This document shows, in pieces, positions 1 to 10,989 of a stretch of 64,000 nt of DNA. Made by a program: the position numbers and the translations under genes. Each line of letters begins with the position of its first letter. The stretch's first letter is position 1. The DNA comes from Isurus oxyrinchus. Lineage: Eukaryota. Under the pieces are notes generated by a model. That model was not told where the DNA came from. It was given only the letters and a program-made list of their open reading frames with translations, and did no database searches. Location of the stretch: positions 44,020,001 to 44,084,000 of the forward strand of contig JANJGN010000006.1 in the NCBI GenBank assembly GCA_026770705.1, in the 5' to 3' direction.

Positions 1-199
1 AGATTAAACATGTATCAATAAGAGAAATGATTTTAAGCACATATATATGTCTACAATTTACCACTATAATAACTCCTAAATCCCCTAATTAATCTGACTC
101 CCAGTTACACCTCCATTAAGGCAACAGTAAGACACATAGATTTTAAAAGACCCAGCCAAAGAATCATGGATACCCTGAACAATCCAGTTCAAACTGAAC

Positions 200-299
200 C
201 AAAAACAAAAAATGTTGGAAAAACTAAGCAGGTCTGACAGCATCTGTGGAGAGAAAGACAGAGTTAATGTTTCGAGTCCATATGATTCTTCTTCAGAGC
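200..299 (-). mobile_element. Penelope-like terminal fragment inserted in the LTR, with a hammerhead-like core
   Basis: Homologous to 62990-63096. The minus strand reads CTGAAGA-agaatcatatggactc-GAAAC. Confidence 0.7.
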
Positions 300-743
300 G
301 ATTCAAAGTGACTTTTCTTAACTTCTGTTCGTTGTAGACAATAGCTTGAGGCCTAGATGCTGAAGGCTTTTCACACTTGTTAGGTCTTAAAAATGCCTGC
401 CTTTACACACAGCCTTCTCTTCTTCGTACCTTGAATGCAAATTCCCATTGTTTCACTATGTCTTTAGACTTTACCTCACTGATCATAAAAATCTATCACA
501 GTACCAATTTTACCAGTAATCTTTGGGAAAAATAAACACACTGTTTCTTAACTATAGCTGGTTAGATGTAATATTTCGCTCCCTTTTTTGAATTCAAGTT
601 AATCTAGTTTATTTAAAAATGCAAATGTCCTTTTACACTTTACATTCTAAACTTCTCCCACATTTACCTACCTAACATTTCAAATCTAGTTTATCTTCTA
701 ATACATCAAAGCCTTCAGACCAGCTGTCTTTAAACCAATTAAG

Positions 744-744
<1 letters not shown>

Positions 745-782
<38 letters not shown>
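745..782. repeat. (CA)n microsatellite inside the LTR
   Basis: Directly visible. Confidence 0.95.
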
Positions 783-786
<4 letters not shown>

Positions 787-897
787 GACACAGATACCAC
801 TATTTTACAATAAATTCCAACATTATATCTGCCTGACAATACTGCTAACACTGTTTTACAGAAAGGACATGAGGTTTTACAAGTTCATGACTGAAAA

Positions 898-1165
898 ATG
901 CAACAGAACATTTGGAAGAGCTCTTTTTAATCTAAAGTTTATATTGTCAGCATCTGTGATCTTCTGTGGGCGATGCAGTGGTGACCTGGAATAAAACACA
1001 ATTATAATGAGAAAATATAATTATGTAATTTGACTGTTTCTGAAATCTATCACATTTATTTTTATGAATAAATATTATGAGCCTGCTTTCCAATGGCATT
1101 GAAAATGAGATTAGAGGGTTGTGTGAATAGTTTCAGGATAATTGTCAGACTGTTAGGCATTCTGC
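898..1165 (+). pseudogene. PKHD1: PKHD1 relic, human aa ~500-650
   Basis: MQQN/LEELFLI resembles IQTTIEELLAV; IFCGRCS resembles PFCGRFS; KYNYV resembles QYTHL; D*..DC resembles DW..DC. There is an internal deletion of about 100 nt. Confidence 0.6.
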
Positions 1166-1719
1166 ACCTTGTTCCTTGAGTCCTTAGATGTTCTGATCTG
1201 AGATGGTCCCAGAACCAGATACAAAGCCTATCCACTAATGACTTGGGATGTTACTGGAAATTTCATTGCTTGGATGAAACCTGGAGACATTGAGGCTGGA
1301 ATGTTGGGAAAACTGCCACCCCCAATTTACTTCTGTGGATACTACAGATTTGTGCAAGTGTAGGCTCGGGTCTTCTCCCTTATGGAAGATCCAGAAATAC
1401 TGAGTCAAGACAAAAGGGTAGAGACCCCCACATAATAGGTCCCTTTTCTTGCTAATGCCGAGGGAATGACTATCAAGGCCCATAATGGCTTATCTATTTT
1501 TGTTCACTGGAATCCAGGCAGTTGACCATGCCTGATCTTTCCTTTACTGCTGGCAGGGAATGAAAAATTCAGCACAGTTTCTGACAATGGCCCCAGTCGA
1601 GAAGTTCCTCACACTATATCACCCGGTTCCTTGCTACTGAGTTTCTTTTGGATGTTTCCAGTCAAGATTACAGCTAATTGCAAAGCTGCACTAAAGGCTG
1701 AGGAAGCTAGTCATTTGGA

Positions 1720-1860
1720 ATTTTAGAAGGGAAGGCAGGAACAGGAGGAGGCAATTCAGAACCTTGAGCCTGTTCTACCATTCAATTAGATCACAGCTGA
1801 TCTGTATTGCAACTTATTTACTCACCTTGTTTCTTTGACCTTTAAATCACTTCTTAACAA
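1720..1860 (-). mobile_element. CR1-type LINE 3' end fragment
   Basis: gcaggaacaggaggaggcaattcag...cattcaattagatcacagctga, similar to 3210-3300 and 15670-15740. Confidence 0.6.
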
Positions 1861-2029
1861 GAGGAAAGAGTAGCATGGAAAGCTGAAGATGCTGGGTGAA
1901 ATGTGGCTGCAGCCTACAATGACCACATCAAGGAGTTCATATTAGAATGGAATGGGTTAGAGTGATCTAGTGATTGAGATCAATAACTGGTGACCTTCTG
2001 GCTGTACATACTAGTGTGTTATTCATGGA

Positions 2030-3000
2030 AAGTACACAGTTTAGATATCTGCATTTGGTAGTTGTGGAGAGGATAGTAATGCACAACTTTACATTGAACT
2101 GGTGCGAGAATACAGCTGTGTTAAATTTAGTTTTTTTTTAATACTATTCAGGGCTCAGCTCAGTGCTGCAGATATTACAGCATCTGTATAGTTTGGTACT
2201 ATGCAACAAGCCTAAAGAATTCACTTCAGTTTTTAAAGTATTGATGGGGCTCTACATCTCTGTCATCTTCAGCACTGCTTTCTTAAAATTCTGTGATAAC
2301 ATGTGGCATGCTGAACTTTCTGTTCCAGCATTTCTGCCAGAAAAGTGTTGCAGAAGGATGAAATAACTGTATCTATGTTTTGATTAAATTCCAAATACAA
2401 TCCCCATCACTTACTCTGGCCATGCTTATCACGGCAGTCACCTATATCAGGCAAATAGTGCTAATTTGCAGGTATCATAGGAGTTGATTATAAAGGTGCA
2501 GTTGAGAAGACAGTAAGCATGCCTCTTATGCCAGGCAGACATTTTCATATCGATTTCTTTTCTTGCCCTGCCAATTCAGTCCACTCCCATTGGATTTGAT
2601 AAAAAGACATTTCCACAAGCTTCCATGCAGAGAAATAGCTCTCTTAGAGTAGAACTTTAATGATACTCTTAGTCTTACAGTTGCACAATTGAAATCAAGA
2701 GCAGAAGAATCCCACACATACACCTGGGTGTCTATTCCTGCAAGTGGCCACTCCACAAATGCTTGGTTGGGATAATGGTTCTCGATTAGAATAGAAAGTT
2801 AGAAGTTGGAATTGCAGTTTGGAATTTCACACTCAAACTTCTCTCATTATTTTCCCAGCTGTTACAGATGGAGGACAGTTACAGCTAGCCTCCTGCATTC
2901 CCTCCACTTGTGAAAACATGCATCACCTATAACGGGCAAATCACTTAAACACAAATGTACCTGCTCAAAGCAGTGTGGACTGTATTCATGCATCAGTGCT
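2030..3000 (+). pseudogene. PKHD1: PKHD1 relic, human aa ~740-1070 (first IPT/TIG region)
   Basis: QILQHLYSLVLCNKPKEFTS vs [33 protein letters not shown]..PISG vs NPAAATRVVYDGG..PIFG; PG...SVHSHWI**KDI vs PG...CVHSVWYSIDGDI; D-GG vs DIGG. Confidence 0.7.
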
Positions 3001-3209
3001 AACATTTGCATTGAGTTATTGTGCAAGGTAGATTGTTATGTTTTCCTAATGACTTAATGGGGAAATGCACCGTGAGGTGTGGCACTGAACTGTACAGACC
3101 AGTGAGATCCCTGTTCTGTGCAGAATTAGCTGGCTTCTGTGGTAAGCCCTTAGTATCTCAGGGAAGAGGACTAATGTTTCCAACATAAGAAGAGAAAACG
3201 TTGGAAATA

Positions 3210-3494
3210 ATAACATAAGAATTAGGAGCAGGAATAGGCCATTTGGCCCTCAAACCTGATCACCATTCAACAAGATCATGGCTGATCATCTCCCTCAACC
3301 CCAATTGTCTGCACTGTCGACATATGTCTTAATTCTCTTAGTACTCAAAAATCTATCAACTTCTGCCTTGAATGTACTCAACATATGAACATCCACAGCT
3401 CTCTGGAGTAGAGTTCCAAAGATTCACAACACTTTGAGTGAAGGAGTTTCTCCTCACCTTAGTTCTAATGGATGGACGTCTCACTCTGAGATTG
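3210..3494 (-). mobile_element. CR1-type LINE 3' end fragment
   Basis: aacataagaa tail plus ctctggagtagagttccaaagattcacaac (reverse complement of the VVNLWNSL motif). Confidence 0.75.
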
Positions 3495-6345
3495 CGGGCG
3501 GAATCGTTCATGCCCGCTGGTATTGGGTGTGCTTGGTGGTGTGAGCGGACAATATGGAGAGAAGGCCAAAAATCAGTTTCATGTTGTCATGAAACCAGTT
3601 TGCAATCATCTGATCAGCCCATTGATGGCAGGCCTTGTTTCCTGCCGTTGGATGTCAGAAACCTCATTGTAATACATCTGCATATCATTATAAACCCAGC
3701 GTGCCAGAATCATCCCCCACGCTGGATCGTCCGCCCACGTCAGTGTGATTGCGTGCTGCTGCAGAACATGCCTTGACAAGTGTGATGTGCAGAAGTTGGG
3801 ATTACCCACCAGGGCCTTGCTCAAATCGCGGACATCCGAGGAGCAGAAGATGCAGGAGCCCGACACCAATGGCACACTGGAGGAACATCCATGGCAAGTG
3901 GGTGGATTCTTATGGACATGGCTCCACTGCGAAGTAGCCTGTGAAGGTTAGAAAGTCACCGTTGAAGCTCTACTCACAATGGATGATCATCGAGGATGTG
4001 CAGAGGATGGTCCAGCTGTGTTTGGCAGAGGAATATGCACCAGGGGGCAGGAGAGGATGGTCTAGGATCGATTGGGAAAGGTAGGTGTGTCAGGATGGGG
4101 TGTGGTTGGGAGGGGGGAAATGAAGGTGTCAGGATGGGGTGAGGTTGGGAGGGAGGAATGAAAGTGTCAGGATGTGGTGAGGTTGGGAGGGGGAATGAAG
4201 GTGTCGGGGTGGGGGGAGGTTGGGAGTGGGAGTCTGTGGGGAGGAAGGAGTGCAGAGAGGAGAGGGAGTAAGGCTGGAGGAAGAAGTAAGGCTAGAGGAA
4301 AGAGTTGGGAGAGGGGAAGGACTAAAGATGGTGGAAGAAGTAAAGATGTCTGAAGGAGTCAGGAAGGGGGAAGGACTAAAAAGGGAGCAGGGTGGAGTCC
4401 GGGGGCTTGAGGCCCAGGTTGGGGGGGGAAGGTGTTCCGACAGGAAGGTGGGGGGGAAGGGGCCCAGAGGGGGGGAATATCCAGATGAATGAACAAGGGA
4501 GGGATCTGGTGGGTTGATGACTGCCTCTTGGGGAGTGAACTGAGGGTGGGTCTGGACTGAGGGAATAGTGAGAATGACCAAGGGTGGAGTGAGGTGGTAG
4601 GGTGAGAGAGTGAGCGTTTGACGGTAGCGGAATAAAGGACAAGCGAGGATGGCTGGTGGGGACTCGGTGGCAAACACAGATCCTGAGATTGGGAAGGAGG
4701 TGGTCAGGAAATTAAATTGGATGGGTGTGGGATTTTCAGGAAGGAAGGAAATTGCACATTCACCTGGACATCCCTGAAGGAAATGGGTTGTGGATGTAGG
4801 TTATGGAAGGGAGGTGGAATGTGATGCCGGGGAATCAACAGTGATTGAGGAAAGGAACTGGGTGTCTGGGGGAGGGGAAATGACAAGGAGAGCTTACGAA
4901 AAAGTGAATCAAGGCTGTCTCGTCTAAATCGAAAGTGAAACAACAGTCTGGGTGGGCGAGATCAGATGCTGCATGGGAGTGTGATCAGTGGGTGGGTGGA
5001 GATGCAGGTCAGCTCAGATAGGCAACTGAAAGAGAACCCCAGTCGGCAGCATTCAAAATGCTCAGGACATTGAGGTGTGTATGATATGTGAAGGATCCAC
5101 ATGCGTGGGAGAGTGCTTGCACGAGGTTCTGAAAAGCCCTGCCACACACGCACTCTTCTCCCTCCAGAATCACTTGTTGGCCAGCTGATTCGGACCTTAC
5201 AGATGCCTTATCCCCAGCAGTCCTCCAAGTGCCAGGGAGCTCGGCTGAATCTGTGTCATGTGGTGATCACCAGATTGTGAACCTAAGCCTTCTCTAAATG
5301 TAGATCCCACTGAGGTGTGTGTCTCTGTACTGGTGGAGGGCGTGGGTAAGCACTGTGACGAGTCTTCCAGGCTGCTTATTTCCTATGGAGGTGAGGACAT
5401 AGTTGGAGCTGAGGGACTGGCTGGCTGAGGGTGTCAGTTGTTTGGCAAAGCTCCCTGTGAACCGAAGTAGAGATAATTAGTGCAGGGCAGCAGAGTCAAA
5501 CGTAAGAGAGAGAGAGAGCACGCACAGTTGCGTTGCGAGAGGGATGATGTGGTGCAGGATCCTCATGTGGGTGTTCAATGCTGACCTCATCATTGCCACA
5601 GGCACAGTCCACGTCCTGACCAGTCACACGATGGTTCATTCCTCAAAGTGATTGAGGAGTCTGGGACTTCTCCCTGCTGTTGTAAGCCAGCTTCTCCTGC
5701 ATGAAAACAGATGGAAAGAGTGTGAGCAGGACACATGGCACAGCGTGGAATGTTTGTTTGGTGAGCAGAGCCATGAACAGGATAAGGACGTGAGCTCAAG
5801 AAGATATGAGCCTGATGGAGATGTGAGGGTGTGTGTGAGAGTTAATGGTGTTGCCCCTTGAGGTTTAAGATCCCTGTGGATGTGTGATGGATTTGTGAGT
5901 GTGTGAGCTGAGAGTGAGAAGAGTGAGTTACCCTGGCAGAAAGGATATGAGACCATTAATCCTGTAGCAGCACTGGGTGGCTGTCCTCTTTTGCAGGGCA
6001 CTAGCGCTGACCACTGCTGCCACTGCTTCCCATGCTGGATTGGTGATGCAGCTGCCCATCCTGCAGCCAGAGCAGGGGTAGAGAACATCATGACAGGCCT
6101 CCATGGCGTTCAAAAGGCGCTCAAGGGACACATTACTGAAGCGGGTGGCTGTGGGGCCATGTCCTCCACGCAGCAGTCATGGGCTGGAAGCACTGAGAGG
6201 TGTGTGCACGGCTGCACTTTACATGCGCTGCCCGGTATGAAGAAAAGGCGAGGAGATGGCATGGCCGACAAATGAGAACCCGCCGCCATGGAAACGGCGT
6301 TTCCCAGGAATGCATAATTAATTTGGTGGGTTTGGGATGATATGG
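3495..6345. mobile_element. Degenerate PIF/Harbinger element: transposase-side remnants (+) and Myb/SANT-like gene remnant (-)
   Basis: Begins gggcggaatc. 3505-3790 is the reverse complement of 56080-56400. The minus strand at 5931-6180 encodes VLYPCSG..NPAWEAVAAVVSASALQKRTATQC, homologous to 63472-63712. Confidence 0.7.
4085..4900. repeat. Purine/G-rich low-complexity tract with short tandem units (gtgtcaggatggggtgaggttgggaggg)
   Basis: About 3-4 imperfect ~42-nt units at 4085-4230, then G/A-rich sequence. Confidence 0.8.
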
Positions 6346-6659
6346 CAATAAAAGATGAACCATTACCATCCAGTGTAACAGAACTCAAGTCCTTCCTTGG
6401 TATGATCAACTACCAAAGCACTTCTTACCTAGCCTGTCAACTGTTTTGACACCATTACTCTCACTGCTAAAAAAAGAACCACTGTTGGCCATGGGGTTCA
6501 CAACAGAAATAAGCTTTTGTGAAAGCGAAGAAACTGCTGCATTCGTCGTGTTTATTAGTACACTATAACCCATCAAAAGAGCTAGTGTGAATATGTGATG
6601 CCTTTCCTTATGGTGTAGGATCACATAAAATGGAAAATGGATCAGAAAGGTCCAATGGC

Positions 6660-6825
6660 TTTTTTTTAATATTCATTCGTGGGACATGGGCTTCGCTGGC
6701 TGGGCCAGCATTTATTGCCCATCCCTAGTTGCCTTTGAGAAGGTGGTGGTGAGCTGTCTTCTTGAACTGCTGCAGTCCATGTGGTGTAGGTGCATCCACA
6801 GTGGTGTTAGGAAGGGAGTTCAAAA
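6660..6825 (-). mobile_element. HER1-type LINE 3' tail (or tail-sharing SINE) nested in the Gypsy element
   Basis: Near-identical to 29490-29650, 17045-17160 and 19790-19917; reverse complement of 60390-60535. Confidence 0.8.
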
Positions 6826-7816
6826 GGTTCTATGTCTCGAGAAACCTTTCCCGAGCAGAGACGGGCTATTTCCAGTTAGAAAAAGAAGGATTATCAGTAG
6901 TATTCTGTGTAAAAAGTTTCTCTAGCATTTCGCCATTGTGTCAGACCATGAACCATTAACACGATTATTCAGTGAGGATAAGGTTATTCCGCCAACAGCA
7001 TCAGCAAGAATACAAGGCTGGGCACTGACATTAACTGCATATGAGTATACTTTCATGTACTGCCCTGGCCTACACATTGTAAATGCAGATGCACTCACTC
7101 ATCTCCCGTTACCAGATAGTATTGAAAATACTCTCATTCCACAAGAATTAGTGCTATTACTGAATTTCTTAGATTCTTCATCTGTGTGCACGAAATAAAT
7201 TAGAAATTGGATAAATAGAGATCCAATAGTGTTGAAAGTCAGAGACTTTGTTTTGCAAGTGTGGCCAAACTCGCCTGTATCTGAAGAATTGAGAGGATTC
7301 CATGTCAGAAATGTGGAATTAAGCTTCAAGATGAAATTGTGATGTGGGGATGTCATCCCTTCACAAGGTAGAGAGCCACTCTTGACAGAGCTCCACAGTG
7401 TGCATTTGGGCATATCAAAGGTGAAAATGCTTGCATGAAGCTATGTCTGGTGGCCAGGCATTGAGAGTGACATTGAAAGCATTGTCAAGCACTGTCTCCT
7501 CTGACAGCATCAACAGAAGTTGCCTGTTTCATATCCCCTGCATCCATGGGAGTCGCCTTGTTGACCCTTTGTTCATCTGCATATTCATTATGTAGGTCCA
7601 CGCTTAAGAACCATGTTTTTGTTAATTGTAGATGCACATTCAAGATTGATGGATGCTTATGAATTCAAATTGCCAATGTCTGAACATAACTATTGAGAAA
7701 CAATGTCACTGTTTCAGCATTAATGGCCTACCTGAAATTGTAGTTTCTGATAATGGTACAGCCTTTACCAGCACCGAGTTTCAGGAATTTATGGACCTGA
7801 ATGGAGTCTGACATGT

Positions 7817-7877
7817 TAAAATACATATTATATTATAAAACATATATTATATTATAAAACACATATTATATAAAAAA
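7817..7877. repeat. AT-rich ~20-nt tandem repeat (three copies) inside the integrase
   Basis: aaaatacatattatattat-type units. Confidence 0.85.
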
Positions 7878-9009
7878 CAGTCCCTTGGCACCCCTCATTG
7901 AATGATCTAGTCAAGAGGGCAGTACAAACTTTGAAGCCTGGTATGAAAAGATTATGGGAAGGCACTTTGGAATCTCAACTTATCCGGTTTCATACAACGC
8001 TACATTCAACTATGGGTTCAACACCATCAGAGTTATTAATGAAACGCCATCTACCTACACTTTTACACTTGGTGTTTTCGAATTTAGGGGGGAAGGTAGC
8101 ACAGAACCAGAGTAATCAGAAATTTAACCATGACCTACACCATAAAGCTCACACATTCAGTGTAGGTGACACGGTATTAGTGCAAAGTTTTGGCAGTGGA
8201 CCCTGCTGGGCTTCGGCAGCCATTGTTTTAGAGATTGGTCCACTATCTTTCCAAGTACAAGTGGGAGATAGGATTGTCCGTAAGCACATAGATCACATTC
8301 GTGCCAGAGAGACATTCCAACAATTAACTGATCCACTTGTGATTAACATTGAACTGTCATCTTTTGAGGTGTGTATTCGACCTAGAACAGACATTCTGGA
8401 TGTTTCAGAAGAGTTGCCAAACCCTGAACTGCCGAGTTCCAATGATGTCTCATAGTGCAGCTCCAGATCCTGTCGATCCTGTTCAGGAACCTGCAGTGGT
8501 AGAGCTACACTTGCCGTATAAGAAGAGCACCTCAGAGACTTGATTTATAATCACCTGAAATTGTACATATGTTTGTTGGATTATTAAAATGTATTTCTGT
8601 AAAGAGTAATTGTAAAAATCTAAAGGGGGAGGAAATGTGGCAACTGGATGTAGCCATTCCGTCCTGTCAATCACAGGTCATGTGATGTACTTTGGGGGCT
8701 CCGACCAGTGAACTCTTAGCATGGGCAATCTGTGGGGTGGGGCTTTTTCAATGAAAAATCTAATCAAGCGCTAAAAAATATCACTGTAATAAAGTTTAAC
8801 TGATTCTTGACGGAACCTGTCTGCTCCATTGAGTCATCACAATGTATAATTTATCCAATGTAGCATCAATTTATGATGGAAAACTTAGCTCAGGGTTGAA
8901 TAGAACACTGAGATTGCACTTTAGTTCAGCTTGAGACAGCGAATGGGGAGTGAGATGGAATGCTGCTGTTTTAACCCTAACTGGAGGATATCACAGCTAT
9001 TTAAGACTA

Positions 9010-9600
9010 GATCTCAGATGAGGAGTCTGCCAGTACAGAGGTGGTGGATGTGTAGTGCGAGTTGGTAGAGAGGGTAGACCTGGATGAGCTCAACATACTT
9101 GTGAAAGCTGGCATGTAGAGGGGTGGGAAGAGAACCCATTGTTGGAGAAACTCTGGCTATGATCATAGAGGTAAGACTGGAACCAATCTCACTGAGCTGG
9201 ATGGCAGCGAGAAAAATTAGAGAAAGGATGGACATCAAAAGCCGCAGGGCGATCTAGGTCACAATTACAGAGGATGTCATTGCAACTTGGTTTGGAGCTG
9301 TTTCAGTGCAGTGACAGTGACCGTGGCAGAATTGGAGAAATTCAGAAACGGACTTGCAGGAAGATGGGCACTGGGGACAATAACATTTTCAGAGGAAAGG
9401 GACTTTGGAGAAAAAGTGGTAGTTTGCAAGTACAGAGGTATTGAGAGTTGTTTTCCTTAGGAGGGGAATTTTGAATGTGGAAGGGGCAGTGCCTGAGGAT
9501 AGTGAACTTTATAAACTACTTGAACTGGCATGGGGATCAGGAAAGGAAGTTGGGTGGTCAGTGGGTTTAGGTTTAGTGGGAATGGGGTGAATAGGGTGCA
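9010..9600 (-). mobile_element. Old L2-like LINE RT fragment
   Basis: The minus strand resembles the PLPLPHSKFP..LLSKVP..ENVIV..NSEFLQF..HCTETA region typical of L2 RT. Confidence 0.55.
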
Positions 9601-9604
9601 AAAG

Positions 9605-10135
9605 TCAGGAATTTATTCTAAGTCTGTATAAAACACCAGTTCGGCCCGCTTGGAGCATTGTGTTCAAATCTGGGCACCACACTTCAGGAAGGATGTGAAG
9701 ATTTTGGAGAGGCCATGGTAGAGATTTACTGGAATGGTTCCAGGGATGAGGGGTTACCGCTCTAGAGGCTGGGGTTGTTCTCCTTAAAGCAGAAAAGGCT
9801 AATAAATGTATTTAAAATCATGAGAGTTTATATAGAGAAAATAAAGACAAATTGTTACCAATGGCTGAAGGGCTGAGAGCGAGAGGACACAAATTTAAGG
9901 TGATTGACAAATGATCAGAGGCTTTTTTGCAATGAATGGTTGGATCATTTGGTCTGACAAGTCGGTGGAAGCAAGGTCAATCCTAGCTTTCAAAAGAGAA
10001 TTGGATATGTATTTGGAAGGAGAAAAATGTTACAGGGATTTGGGGAAAGAACGGATTGCTGCTCAAAAGAGCCTGCCCAAGCTTGATGGGTCAAATGGCC
10101 TCCTTCTATGTTGTACTATTCTATCCACTTTTTAG
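9605..10135 (+). mobile_element. CR1 LINE 3' part
   Basis: LYKTPVRP/LEHCVQIWAPHFRKDVKILE and a tattctat tail. Confidence 0.8.
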
Positions 10136-10199
10136 ATTCCATTGTGTGTGGCTCTCCTTATGTGGAAGGATGGTTCTTGATTTCAAATTATAAAGGTTA

Positions 10200-10290
10200 A
10201 ACCTTACAAACAGTAGAGGGATGGCCATTCACTGTCCCCTGAGTTGGAAGAGATGAAGTGAAAGATTTAGCTGTTCAGAAGACTTCCGCA
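10200..10290 (+). pseudogene. PKHD1: Weak PKHD1 relic, human aa ~1120-1145
   Basis: TNSRG..VGRDEVKDLAVQ vs SNIAGG..VARLMNYTDLDVE. Supported mainly by collinear position. Confidence 0.35.
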
Positions 10291-10989
10291 AAGTCTTTTG
10301 GACAGAGAATGAAAATGAATATGGTGCAGGGTGTTTTGATGAACTGATTGTTCAATCATTGTCATATTTTATATATTATACACACAGACTTTAAAATAAT
10401 ATACTCAATTGTAATACATTAGTATTGTGTGCCAAAAAATTGAAATTCCAGAACAAACAGAATTGTCGAACTTATTTAAATTCAGTAATTAAAAATTGTT
10501 ACATAATGTGACCAATGGGCCCGGAAACAGGAAAAACACAAGGGCCCATGATTTCTCTCCCTCACTCTACTGTAGGGCAAGTCTTAAGTAAGGAGACCAA
10601 AACTGCACGCAGTACGTCATGTGTGGCCTCAACAATATCCTGTATAATTGTTGTAAGTCTTCTTTATTCTTATACTCCACTCCCTTTGTCACAAAAGCTC
10701 ACATATTATTTGCCTTCCTGATTGTTTGCTTTGCCTGAATGTTAACTTTCTGTGGCTCATGCACATTACACCCAAGTTCTTTTAACCTGTTGGCATTTCC
10801 AGCATTTTTGGTTTTTATTTCAGACTTCCAGCATCCAAAGTATTTTGCTTTTGTATTAACTAATGTTTCCACTTCTGTGAAAATATTTGGTTTTCCCCAT
10901 TAGAAAGTTTGCATCAGATTGAGACAACATCCAGTTTGATTGTTGGCCCATGGTGGAAAATAAATCACTGAAACTCATATGCCTGTAAT

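Larger units (their letters stand above)
1..838 (-). mobile_element. Gypsy LTR, truncated by the window edge; same family as the LTR at 47277-48153
   Basis: The reverse complement aligns along its length with 47277-47990 and begins TGTCAGG at 838. No PPT is adjacent, so it is a 5' or solo LTR. Confidence 0.85.
6346..8841 (+). mobile_element. 5'-truncated Gypsy LTR retrotransposon (RT end, RNase H, integrase, 3' LTR)
   Basis: VTELKSFLGMINY; SARIQGWALTLTAYEY; integrase H-H-C-C and VSDNGTAF motifs; PPT aaagggggaggaaa followed by an LTR TG...CA at 8636-8841. Confidence 0.9.

Noticed and set aside
4129-4677. Long Pro/Ser-rich and Gly/Glu-rich ORFs
   Set aside because: They are by-products of a G/A-rich low-complexity tract inside a decayed transposon and show no domain signature.
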